Positions 1-11,684 of a DNA stretch of 64,000 bases are shown piece by piece. Under the pieces are notes generated by a model. That model was not told where the DNA came from and made no database searches. It saw only the letters and a program-made list of their open reading frames with translations. The stretch's first letter is position 1. Each line of letters begins with the position of its first letter. The position numbers and the translations under genes were made by a program. The stretch is from Octopus vulgaris (lineage: Eukaryota), in the NCBI GenBank assembly GCA_951406725.2, contig OX597814.1, forward strand, positions 162,316,001 through 162,380,000, given 5' to 3'.

Positions 1-1130
1 TGTTTTTTAATCTCTAGCGACGAGATGGCAGTCAGGTTGGTGTGTTGCTGTTGACAGTATTTCAGCATGTTGATCTTTTTGTTGATTCTTTTAATTTTCC
101 TTATGAGAGATTTTCTATTTCTAGGGATTCGACACTTAGATTTGTTTGCAGATCTTAATGGGGTGTGTCTTGCACATATGTTCGTGATGGTGTCTACAAG
201 TGACTGCCAGGACTTTTTGATGTTAGTGGGTGTGTATGTGTGCGTGAAGGACCAATCGACTTGTGCAAGATCATTATTGATCGCTTCCCAGTTTGCATTG
301 TGGAAATCCATAGTGTCAAATGGATGAACAGGAGGGATGACATTTGTTTTGCATTTTGGCCAGTGAAATCTCAGATCACAGAGAACCATGTCATGGTCGG
401 AGAGTAGGGTTTTCTCCACTGCAATATTGTGGATAGTATCAGTGTGATTGCTGAAAATTAAGTCTAAGACGTTTTTGTGACATCTCGTTGGTTCGAGTAC
501 CAGTTGGGACAAGAAGAAGTCATCCATGAAGTCAAGAAGCGATTCCACTGCCTCCCTGTCAGGGGTTGAGAGAGAAGAACCTGGCGGCAGACTGTTTGTA
601 GACCAGTCAACCCCGGGAAGGTTGAAATCTCCCATCATTAAAATGTTGTCAGGTTGACACTGCTGAATGAAACACTTTATGCTGTTGAGGCATTCCTTGA
701 AGCATGGTAGGGGCGTTTGGGGTGGTCTGTAGAGCCCAACTACTATTAAGTTGTTGGTTTGACTGAATACAGCGACTGCTTCGCAGTATCCATTCGAAAA
801 TATGTTCATGGCTTCTGTTGAGAATGAATCATGGACATAAATGGCAGTCCCACCCTTTCTTCTGCCAACACGATCAGCACGAATGGTTTTGAAATTTTTA
901 ACTTTCACCTCGGCTTCCAAGTGGAGGTCACTAAGATGGGTTTCAGTGAGGACGAAGAAAGGGATGTGGTTTGGATGGGCCTCGACCCAGTCCTCCAGGA
1001 ATCTTATCTTCCATTTTTGTGTATTGGTGGAAGGGCTGATGCCTTGGGCATTAAGCAGAAATGTTGAGGCGAGAGTGGATGGTTTTAATTGTTTTGGTGA
1101 TTTGTTAATTTGATTGCTTTTTAATGGCAT
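1..1130 (-). CDS. LINE ORF2, N-terminal apurinic-like endonuclease domain (partial, runs off window)
   Basis: Manual translation from ATG at 1130 gives ~376 open codons: MPLKSNQ..FLLNAQG..FFVLTETHL..IRADRVGRRKGGTAIYV..GLYRPP..MGDFNLPGVDW..EPTRCHKNVLDLIFSN..LSDHDMV. These are canonical APE motifs. Absent from the ORF track, probably because it has no stop inside the window. Confidence 0.93.
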   Translation of the reverse strand, partial: MPLKSNQINKSPKQLKPSTLASTFLLNAQGISPSTNTQKWKIRFLEDWVEAHPNHIPFFVLTETHLSDLHLEAEVKVKNFKTIRADRVGRRKGGTAIYVHDSFSTEAMNIFSNGYCEAVAVFSQTNNLIVVGLYRPPQTPLPCFKECLNSIKCFIQQCQPDNILMMGDFNLPGVDWSTNSLPPGSSLSTPDREAVESLLDFMDDFFLSQLVLEPTRCHKNVLDLIFSNHTDTIHNIAVEKTLLSDHDMVLCDLRFHWPKCKTNVIPPVHPFDTMDFHNANWEAINNDLAQVDWSFTHTYTPTNIKKSWQSLVDTITNICARHTPLRSANKSKCRIPRNRKSLIRKIKRINKKINMLKYCQQQHTNLTAISSLEIKK

Positions 1131-2353
1131 GTGTAGTGGGGTAATAGTGGTGGATGGCGGTGGGTGATAGCTCGGATGTTTTTTTCCAGTTCTTTTGCTA
1201 GATTCATTAAAGCTAAAAAAGTGGAAGAAGAAGAGGTGGTTTCCTGTCTAGGGAACCGCAGGTGACTGTGGCCGCGGCTATTTTTATGTGAGTGGTTATC
1301 TTTAAATGTCCGACGAGTCCCCGGGAGATGGGTAAAGGGGCAATCCCTGTGCAAACACAATCTGTCTCGCTGGGAATAGCGGCAGATTTGGGGATTCCTT
1401 GTTTGAGATATTGGTGGTTGTGGTGATGTTGTATTATGGTGGTTGCTGTTGTAGTTTGTGGGGATAGAGCGTTTTGTTCCAGGTAAATGGGTGAATTTGC
1501 AGTCTCTATCAGTGCACAGTCTATGGCGAAGAGAATATCGGCAAATGATGGGGTTTCGAGTGGGTGTGTAGGTGCGTGTGTGTGTGTGAGCTGTGAAAGG
1601 TGTAGATGATAGTTTGAAGTTTTGGCGACCTTTGTGACCTGTAGGAGGTAAATTCCTTGAGATAGCATTAGTAGTAGTAGCTGTAGTAGTAGTAGTAGTA
1701 GGTAGAAGAGATGTTGACGGTGGTAATGATTGAGGAGGTCGATTCCAAGACAAAGATGTTTGTCGATATATAGTGGGAGTAGTACTAGTAGTAGTAAGCA
1801 GAGGAGATGGTGTTGACAATGATGATGATTGAGCTGCTGGGGCAGTGAAAGGAAGGGGTGGTGCTTCCTGCTGTGTGACCCTGATGACTGGGGGGTCAAT
1901 CGTTTCATTTAGCAAATCGGCCATTGTAGATGAATCAAGGAGTGGTTCATCCTGTTGTTGTTGTTGAGGTTGTTGTTGTTGCCTCTGAGGTTGTTGCTGC
2001 TGAAGTTGTTGTTGTTGCTGTAACTGTTGTTGTTGTTGTTGTTGTTGCCACTGAGTTTGTTGTTGTTGAGGTTGTTGTTGTTGTTGTTGCGCCGGTGATG
2101 CGTTCGAAGAGAAAACACATCTCAGTTTATCGAAGTGTTTATTTATTAATTTAAAAGCAACTTCGATTTGTTTTAATTTATTTTGGATCTGCTGTTCAGA
2201 TCGAGTTTGCAAATGGTGAACTGTTCGTTTAGCAATTTCGTTCAGACACGAAGCACCTATGCTCTCTGTTTCGGTAAGGCCATGCCATGTGTTGATAAGA
2301 ACGTCGACTTCATTATCAGACCAGTTTTTGTTGGATTTTTGGTGGCTAGCCAT
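1121..2353 (-). CDS. LINE ORF1 protein: Myb/SANT-like (trihelix) N-terminus, polyQ, Thr/Pro-rich linker, two CCCH zinc fingers
   Basis: 410-aa ORF directly upstream of ORF2. NWSDNEVDVLINTW..IA..RSEQQIQNKLKQI..FK..HFDKL resembles the trihelix Myb pattern. CRYSLRHRLCTDRDCKFTH and CRYSQRDRLCLHRDCPFTH both fit C-x8-C-x4-C-x3-H. Confidence 0.85.
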   Translation of the reverse strand: MASHQKSNKNWSDNEVDVLINTWHGLTETESIGASCLNEIAKRTVHHLQTRSEQQIQNKLKQIEVAFKLINKHFDKLRCVFSSNASPAQQQQQQPQQQQTQWQQQQQQQQLQQQQQLQQQQPQRQQQQPQQQQQDEPLLDSSTMADLLNETIDPPVIRVTQQEAPPLPFTAPAAQSSSLSTPSPLLTTTSTTPTIYRQTSLSWNRPPQSLPPSTSLLPTTTTTTATTTNAISRNLPPTGHKGRQNFKLSSTPFTAHTHTRTYTPTRNPIICRYSLRHRLCTDRDCKFTHLPGTKRSIPTNYNSNHHNTTSPQPPISQTRNPQICRYSQRDRLCLHRDCPFTHLPGTRRTFKDNHSHKNSRGHSHLRFPRQETTSSSSTFLALMNLAKELEKNIRAITHRHPPLLPHYTCH

Positions 2354-2726
2354 TCTGGTTGATATGTTTTATTAAATTTTATTTTGTTCGTTCGTTTTGT
2401 TGATTACTTTTAATTATTTTTAATTATTATTATTATTATTTTTTTTTTTTTTTTTAAGGAGAAGTATGTAGAATTGATTGTACAGAATGTTTGTTGTAAT
2501 ACTGAGAAGTTTGTATTTGAATTATGAGCTTGTAGTTATTTTATCTTTCTTTTCTTATTTTTTTCCCTCTTTTTCTAATTTTTAATGTGTGGGTGATCCT
2601 TTAGTTATCAGAAGGTGTTTGAAAATATTTGGTCGTTTGAAAATTATGAAAATAATTTGTGGTTAAGGAAAAGTCTACTCACGAGTTGGGAAAAAGCGTG
2701 GTTTCAAATATACAGGAATACAGGAA

Positions 2727-3411
<685 letters not shown>

Positions 3412-3423
3412 TACACACACACA

Positions 3424-3618
3424 CAAGAAATATGTTGGTAGTGACTTTGAAGTTTTGACCTGCTCACCTTCATCAAATTGTGAAGCTGAAACTTTGAAGT
3501 TGCTGTTACCACTCATCTTGTAAAAGTATAATAGATATATACTCTTCAACATGTATTGAGTAATCCTTCAGTTCAATATAAAATTGTTTTTATTATAACT
3601 CTGCATAAAGACAAGCAT
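3424..3618. repeat. Dispersed unclassified repeat with ~37-bp inverted arms; partial copies at 19789-19917 and 37750-37881
   Basis: Shared AACTTxGAAGT..TGT..AA..ATAATA..GTAA.CC.TCAG.T.AA..AAATTGTT.T.ATT.TA at three loci; arms 3424-3460 and 3485-3520. Confidence 0.6.
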
Positions 3619-3620
3619 TC

Positions 3621-3677
<57 letters not shown>

Positions 3678-4179
3678 GACTTCCCTGGCGACCCAACAAG
3701 TCATGGGTAGTCTAGTTACAAATCAAATTATATTTCTATCATGGCCTGAACAATATGCCTAAATTGATATATTTCAATATACTCTACCATTTCTTTATCT
3801 ATGAAGTGGTCAGTTAAAATATGGTGGAGAGAGGCATATGTACTGTTGTTTGTATTCATCTAGCTGCTGGGTGTGCTTGGTTACACCACATATTAAAATA
3901 CAATTCTATTATGATCTGATAAGTTTGAATCCTATGTAGGTGTATAAAGAATAATTTCCTACACCTAAGACTGGAGACATGGTCAAATATATGTGTAGGG
4001 ATGAGCTGATCCAAATTTACTACATACTCCCTTAAATTGATCAACAATATAAGCAGTGGTAATATGGCTCTGATAAGAATAGGATGGTACTGAATCCTTC
4101 TCTCCCTATAGCATATTAATCAATCGAATATAGGATCAATTAAATATGCACAATTAAGCCAGATGAGACCATAACCCGT

Positions 4180-4782
4180 GACTTATGCCAAGAGCATAAC
4201 CAGCCCGCTTATGCATACCTTTTCCTTCTTTGGTCACTAAACTTTGCTTGTGAAGACCTGTTGAGGCAAGTGAAATCAAAAGCAAAATCATTTCGATGAC
4301 TGGCATCCATGCTAGCGGGGTGCAAAGAGCACCATACGAGTGTGATTGTTGACAGAGCGGCTATTCAAGTATGATCGTTACCAGCGTCGCCTTACTGGCA
4401 CTTATGCCTGTGCTAGTAGGGTGCCAAGAACACCATCCGAGCGTGATCGTTGCCAGAGTAGTCAACTGGCTTCCGTACCCGTGGCACGTAAAAGGGCACC
4501 ATTTGAGCGTGATCATTACCAATGTCGCTTCACTGTAAAAAGTTTCAAGCAAGGTCATTGCCAGTACCGCCTGACTGGCCCCCGTGCTGGTGGCACATAA
4601 AAATAACCCTCTACACTCTCAGAGTGGTTGGTGTTAGGAAGGGCATCCAGCTGTAGAAACTCTGCCAGATCAAGACTGGAGCCTGGTGCAGCCATTTGGT
4701 TGCCAGCCCTCAGTCAAAATCGTCCAACCCATGCTAGCATGGAAAACGGACGTTAAACGATGATGATGATGATGATGATGAT
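4180..4782 (+). mobile_element. SINE-like repeat family B (RTE-type 3' end, (GAT)n tail)
   Basis: GGTTGG.GTTAGGAAGGGCATCCAGCTGTAGAAAC..CCAACCCATGCTAGCATGGAAA.CGGACGTTAAACGATGATGAT. Other copies at ~8022-8370(-), 11250-11570(+), 16700-17270(+), 20985-21540(-, split), 25070-25475(+), 28195-28430(+), 29365-29560(-), 32640-32930(+). Confidence 0.85.
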
Positions 4783-4898
4783 GCATTGCAGTATTTTGAG
4801 GTATGCCACATATTTGAAACGTATGTTGCTGATTAAAACATGAATAAATCTCCATTCTTTTCTCTCTCATTATTTTTCTCAATATATATATATATATA

Positions 4899-5245
4899 TA
4901 ACGGGAAGGTTTACGAAAATAAACAAAAGACGAAGGCAGGTGGAGTACAAACAAACAATGTAAGGCTCGGTTGACCATTTTAAGAAATTTGCTTCATAAC
5001 CACATGGTTCCGTATTCAATCCCATTGAACATTACAATGAACAAGTGACTACTTGACAATCACCATAACTTCAGCTGACAAATACATTTGTGGAATTTGA
5101 ATTGACATAAATTTCTCTCTCTCCTTTCTATCTCTGTATTAGTATAACGCTGCTCCGGGAAGTGAAAAAGCCTTGAACATTTCGAGCCTACGTTCTTCCA
5201 CAGAAAGGAACACAGAAAGAAACAAGGAGAGATTATAAAGAGAGA
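4899..5245 (-). mobile_element. Short Penelope-like (pLTR-type) relic with degenerate hammerhead motif, interrupted by a family C SINE (~4962-5135)
   Basis: Minus strand 5203-5171 reads CTGTGGAA-GAAC-GTAG-GCTC-GAAA-TGTTC-AAGG; TGTA flanks the inserted SINE on both sides. Confidence 0.4.
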
Positions 5246-5622
5246 AAAAATATATATACATATACATACACACACACAAACACATATATATATATATATA
5301 TATGCTATACTTCATTTTTACTTATATCCTGTGACTTATTATTACTTAGAGACATTTAATATTGTTCTCTATTTGGGCTAAAGGCCAGTAGCTAATTGAG
5401 CGGGTGAAATGAACTGTGGATATAGTGATCACAATGTGTTGTGTATTTTTGATGTATAATCAAGTAGTTTATAAGATGTCACTTTAATATAGGTAACATT
5501 TGTAAAAGAGATATCAGAGACAATAGTGAAATAGAGTAGTTATTTGGCATCTCCTGTTTCTGAATTCAAAAGCTATTGTAGTTATCTCATATTTACTCTG
5601 TGCTTATTTATTTATCTTTTCC

Positions 5623-5664
<42 letters not shown>

Positions 5665-6785
5665 ATGAAATAGAGGTGTTAGTGCTTGAAGTTAAGAAAG
5701 AATTTCCAAACTCTAACTATTCTGACAGTGCTGTATCGTATAACCCAAAAGGTTAAGATATTGGCATATTGGCAACCTCAGAACATAAAATAGGTGTCTG
5801 AAATGAAGTCATATCATTTCGCCCTGATCCAGATCTATGATCAATGTTTACCCTGCCATGAGCACTCCTTCCTTCACTTGGACATTGCACATCCAAGATT
5901 TACATTATCTACCGTGTGTTACCCTTTCAAGGCACTAGGTGGATTTTAGTCAGCTTTAACATTTGTGGAAACTGCCACAATTTCATATTCCCTTATAAAG
6001 TTAAGTCATTTTCCTCTTATCTCTAAACCCCCCCCCAAAAAAAACCCCTCAATATTTATTTCAGTTTCTTTCAGTTGTTGTTGTTGTTGTTTAGCTCCAG
6101 ATCAGTCCCGATTAAGCATATCTATTATCAAATGGGTTCCAATTATGTGCTTTATTATTCAGTATATGACAAAGAAACAAAAAAACGCCCTCTTTCTCTC
6201 TCTCTCTCTCTCTTTCTCTCTCTCACACACACACAAACATATTTCCTACACGCATACACGATGGTTTCTTTCAGTTTCCATCTACCAAATTTACTTACAA
6301 GGCTTTTGTTGGCCCAGGGTTATAGCAGAAGACATTTAACCTTGGTGCCATGTCACGCAGCAGGACTGAACCCCAAATCATGGTGTTACAAAGCAAATTC
6401 ATAACTACACAAACATGCCCATGTGCATGTATTTGCACATGTCTGTATGAATGCATCCATGCATGTGTGTGTATGGGTAGCCAGGTGTTTGTAGATTATC
6501 CATGTGTCTCTCAGTAATAGAACAAGTACACCTTGATGAATTGTATACCAAGACCCATTGTTTACCAAGGAAGTACACCTGAACAAATAGTCTAAATTCA
6601 CCATTGCATGCAGACATAATACATTCAAAACCTACCTGTAAAAGACCATAATTGGCCCTGGAGGTAAGCAGCATTTAAACCTCAATTATAAGCCTAACAT
6701 TAATAGGCACTGCTACACTTATGATACACTGAAGTACACAGAGTCATGAATACAGCATTATATTATTACTATGATAGTCTTTTAA

Positions 6786-6967
6786 GGTTGCGAGCTGGCA
6801 GAATCATTAGCATGCTGGGCGAAATGTTTCTGAGTTCAAATTCTGTCAAGGCCGACTTTGCTTTTCATCCTTTCAGGGTCGATAAGTTAAGTACCAGTGA
6901 AACACTTCAGTGAATGTAAACAGCTTATTCCCTCTCCAAAATTTCAGGCCTTGTGCCTTTAGTAGGA
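6786..6967 (+). mobile_element. SINE family A, old CpG-decayed copy
   Basis: Homologous to the young copy at 44180-44413. Similar decayed copies at ~11047-11248(-), 13615-13790(-), 36160-36495(-), 50620-50800(+), 51230-51370(-), 53430-53750(-). Confidence 0.8.
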
Positions 6968-9046
6968 AGATTCTGCTAGTCTTTTGAGTCAGAGAAAGAA
7001 TATTCCACAATTGTACAGATAATTTGTGTACAATGATCAAATGTTTGTGCTAGCTGTACATAAGCTCACTCCCGCCTTCAAATCGATATTGTCTGCACAT
7101 CAGAACAATGTGAAATAAAGTGTTTTGCTCAAGAACACAACAAACTCCTTGGTCTGGGAATCAAAACCGCAGTCTTGCCATCATGACTGCGACACCCTAA
7201 CCACAAGGCTATGAGCCTTCAACAATAACACTTCATAAAACAATGATATGCCTAAATCCTATTGAGCAACAATACAATTATAACATCCTAGTAATGCTAC
7301 AACTAGCTCCTCATGCACCAAGAAGCGAAACACACTGGCCCAGACATGTTTCCTTGTAAGAAACATCTACACAATATATATCCATATGAACGACCACAAA
7401 ACACACAAAAAACAGAGTCTAAATTCACACCCTAACAAATGCATACAAATGAAATACTCATTCTCCTACAGACATGTGCACAAAAAGCATATTAAAACAT
7501 ATAACAATACTTATATACATACCACATCAATATGCTTCATGCTCTTATATACAATGCAATATATATGTATATATATCCTAGCACACATGCACGCCTTCAC
7601 TCACTCACACACACACAAACACACGCATGCATGCACACATTATCGTGTGAAATATTTCCTTCGCATGTAACTTTGTTGGAATAATACATATGCTTATGTA
7701 CAAATATCCACAGCAGCAGGTTCCAATTTGCTTCTTGACAAACGCAAATTAAAAATACACACTGTTATACCCCCCCACACACACATTCAAAAACAAACAC
7801 CTATTTTCAGTACATCGTCTGTGAATTTTCTTTTCATACACTAAACCACAAATACAATAAACCCTACACACACTCATACAAATTACCATTACTATTTGCT
7901 CTTGTATGCAATAGACACCCTCAATCTCCCACACAAGCTCATTACCATAATATATCAAATACACACACACACAAACATTTGAAATAATTCCTTTACACAC
8001 ATTTTTTTTCTACTCTAAGCACATCATCATCGTTTAACGTCCATTTTCCATGCTGGCATGGGCTGGACCGTTCGACTGGGGTCTGGGAAGCCAGGAGGCT
8101 GCACGAGGCTCCAGTCTGATCTGGCAGTGTTTCTACAGCTGGATGCCCATCCTAACGCCAACCACTCTGAGAGTGTAGTGGGTGCTTTTTATGTGCCACT
8201 GGCACAGGGGCCAGAGGAGGCTGGCAATGACCATGATCAGCTGGTGCTTTTTACGTGCCAGTCAAGGCAGCACTGGCATCAGCCACATTCAGATGGTGCT
8301 TTTTATGTGCTACTGGTACGGGGATCACGACTACAATTTCTATTTGATTTTGATGTACTTGATTCAGGCACAGCATGTCGCCCTGCTGTGCATTTTGCCC
8401 AGTGTGCTAATGATTCTGCCAGCTTGCTGCCTTAAAAAAATGCTTAGCATATTCTCCATATTTTTCATGAGTTTATTGTGTGCACATGTTAATCTAGAAG
8501 CAGGACACTCACTTGAATTTTGCATGGCAACTACTATTTTGTTGGATTGAATCATTATGAGTTTTAAAGTCGACAATTTGCATCCTTAAAATTCTGTAAT
8601 AACACATTTTCTCCTCCTTTTACCATTTTTATAACCTTTAGTTTGGTATCTAATGATATTGCTTCATGCTTATGTGACATGGAATGGAATAAGTTTATTC
8701 TTTTTTTAGTCTGCATTTATGTAATTTTGAACTTGTTGCATATGTGGCGTAATGTAGCACAAGCAAATATGCCAGTACACAAAATGGGCAACTAACTGTG
8801 ATTGACTGATTTTTCTTTGTGTGCAGTAACAAAACAATGAAATGGATTCTTCCAAGGGAGTTCAAATCAGTTGGAAATACCAGGACAGCCAAGCAATGAG
8901 TATGCATTTTTTTTCCTTTGTGAATTTAGTTGTTAAACTGGTGCAATATTATGCTTCATTATTTTGAAGTTTTGTTTGCAGACAAAACACAAAACTGAAA
9001 TGTGTATGCATGTACATACAGACACACATACATACACACACACATA

Positions 9047-9130
9047 TACATACATACATACATACATACATACATACATACATACATACATACATACATA
9101 CATACATACATACATACATACATACATACA
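9047..9130. repeat. (CATA)n tetranucleotide microsatellite
   Basis: Direct reading. Confidence 0.95.
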
Positions 9131-9497
9131 TGTATGCATGTTATGTATGTATGTTTATAAAAATATATTATCATAAGGTAAAGCTAAACATTTTTTTAAC
9201 ATATATATAAATGTCATATGTTTAAATGACATTTCCTTATGTTTATAAACAGTGCTATAAACAGGGAAATAGATAAATAGAAAAATATTAAAAGCATGAT
9301 AGTAACAACCACTGAATACACATTCTTCTTATAATTATTAATTGGCCAATGTTATCATGCATCACAAAAGTACAAATCTTCTTTTGAGCTGCAAAAATAC
9401 ACCCAGGAATCATCTATGGATCCTTACAATTTTGGCACGCACACACACGCACACACACACACACACACACATACAAATACATATGTACATACATACA

Positions 9498-9855
9498 TAC
9501 TGGTGGAATTACCAGTGAAGACCTCAATGAAATGTAAGCACAACAGAACTGATATGATGATTTGGGATAGAGAAGAGAAACTGTGTACAGTTGTGGAAAT
9601 TAGCTGCCAAGTGGATGTTAACATAAAGCTGAAGATCAGTGAAAAAGTGAACACCTATGCTGAACTATTGAGAAATATGGAGTTACTCTATCCTGATTGC
9701 AAGTTCAGGTATATACCTGTAATTAATGAAGCCCTGGGATATGTAACACACTAACACACTGCCTAAATATCAATCTTGAGAAATTCAGCTTCTCAAAACC
9801 AGAAAGGAGAAAGCTAATTTGAAGATTACAGACTGAATCAATCACTGAAACTGTA
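9498..9855 (+). pseudogene. R4/Dong-like non-LTR retrotransposon fragment, restriction-like endonuclease (RLE) C-terminus
   Basis: YWWN/LPVKTSMKCKHNRTDMMIWDREEKLCTVVEISC..DVNI..K..EK..TY..L..P..I..ALG matches the N(R/K)PD..E..K..KY RLE pattern; frameshifts and stops present; begins in a (CATA)n run. Confidence 0.8.
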
Positions 9856-10055
9856 TATATATAACAAAAGAGGGGTTGTTTCCACACAGGAAAAAAATAG
9901 AGAAATGTGTTGTTGAAAATGCACCTAAATTTCAAAAACTCATAATTGTTTAAAGTACATTTATTTACATATATATACCAAACTAGTTACAACAATATTT
10001 TTTGTTTATCAATGGTAAACGTTTAAAATTATGAATTAGAAAAACATCTTTAAAA

Positions 10056-10130
10056 GTTTCAATGTTGACAAATAAAAATGTTTCAATGTTGACAAATTAA
10101 CATGTTTCAATGTTGACAAATTAACATGTT
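10056..10130. repeat. 24-bp tandem repeat, 3 copies
   Basis: GTTTCAATGTTGACAAAT(A/T)AA(A/C)AT starting at 10056, 10080 and 10104. Confidence 0.9.
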
Positions 10131-10156
10131 CAAAACATAAATTTAGCATTATGAAT

Positions 10157-10843
10157 TAGGAGGACAGATGCAAGTTTAAATGTTCATAGCAGTCAATAAT
10201 ATTAAATCTGTATATCAATTTGTTTGAATGTACCAAGTTCATAAATGTTGGTGGTGATTGACAAGTCATACCGATTTAAGAGAGAAAAAGACAAGGGAGA
10301 AATGAAAATTGTAAAAAAAAAGAAATTTGGTTTACAGTTTCTCTGATCCTCACATGCATATTTCTATGTAATATAGTTTAATGATGATCAATGATAATAC
10401 TAAAAAATGATGCTCATGACTTTGAATCATGATGCTGCCACTGGCCATCTTTGTTGCAGCATCCATTTTTGCTAGTATTCAGCATAAACACATTACATGT
10501 ACATCTGATGAATGTAGGATAAACAGCTTTACATGAAACTGAGATTCACGAGCATCATCTGTTCACATGAATGACATTAAGCTATATAATATACTTTCTT
10601 TATTTTCATAAAATTGAGTGCTTTTTTTTTTACAAAGAACCTCTGCAGATCAAGTACACACATACATACATACATACAAACATGCATACACACACATATA
10701 TACATACATACATACACACATTTGTATACATATGTATATATATATATATCATTTAATGTAGGAGGACAGGTGCAAGTTTGAATGTTCATAGCAGTCAATA
10801 ATATTAAAACTGTATATCAATCTGTTTGAATGTACTAGTTTCA
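10157..10843. repeat. ~85-bp direct repeat pair (10157-10241, 10759-10843)
   Basis: TAGGAGGACAG.TGCAAGTTT.AATGTTCATAGCAGTCAATAATATTAAA.CTGTATATCAAT.TGTTTGAATGTAC twice, 602 bp apart. Confidence 0.9.
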
Positions 10844-11684
10844 TGCCCCTCTGAAAATAGTGCGATGACCGGACAAGCTTGTATAGCATACCACATATTT
10901 CCAAGCAAACATTTGATATAAAATGTGTGCATGTGTGTGTATAAATATATAAAATATTCTAAGTCTAAATGAGCTGGGTTTCTGCAAAACTTTCACATGG
11001 AACCAAATCAAAATGTTTCAAATAATAATAATAATGATAATTATAATCCTTTCTACTAAATGCACAAGACCTGAAATTTGGTGGAGAGGACTGGTTGATT
11101 ATATTGACCCCAATTTTTTACTGGTACTTAATTTATCGACCCTGAATGAATGAAAGGCAAACTCAACTTAGGCAGAATTTGAACTCAGAACACAATGTCA
11201 CTAAGCATTTAATCCAGTGTGTTAACAATTCTGCTAGCTTGCCACCTTAGCACCGCCTTACTGGCACTTGTGCTGGCGGCATGTGAAAAAACATTCGAGC
11301 AAGGTTGTTACCAGTGCCGCTGGACTGGCTCCTGTGCAGGTGGCACATAAAAAGCACCAGTACTGCCAGACTGGCCCTTGTGCCGGTGGCACGTAAAAAC
11401 ACCCACTACACTCTCAGGGTGGTTGGCATTAGGAAGGGCATCCAGCTGTAGAAATTCTGCCAGATCAGATTGGAGTCTGGTGCAGCCATCTGGTTCGCCA
11501 GACTTCAGTCAAATCGTCCAACCAATGCTAGCATGGAAAGCGGATATCAAACGATAATGATGATGATGATATTTATATACACATGCACATTTATATAAAA
11601 TAATTGGGTGCATAAACAAACATAAATGCCATTATAGACACACAATATGGTTGATATATGCATTGAGCTTTCTATGGAGATGTA

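Larger units (their letters stand above)
1..2726 (-). mobile_element. CR1-group LINE, 5' portion (5' UTR, ORF1, start of ORF2); continues beyond the left window edge
   Basis: Two consecutive uninterrupted minus-strand ORFs, an APE endonuclease at the start of ORF2, and a ~370-bp AT-rich leader ending at the (TA)n tract. Confidence 0.9.

Noticed and set aside
67-2154. Plus-strand and alternative-frame ORFs overlapping the LINE
   Set aside because: Shadows of the real minus-strand ORF1/ORF2 and of the CAA repeat
3464-3515. Minus-strand coding exon [16 protein letters not shown]|GTGAGC
   Set aside because: Lies within a dispersed palindromic repeat whose other copies do not keep the same splice sites
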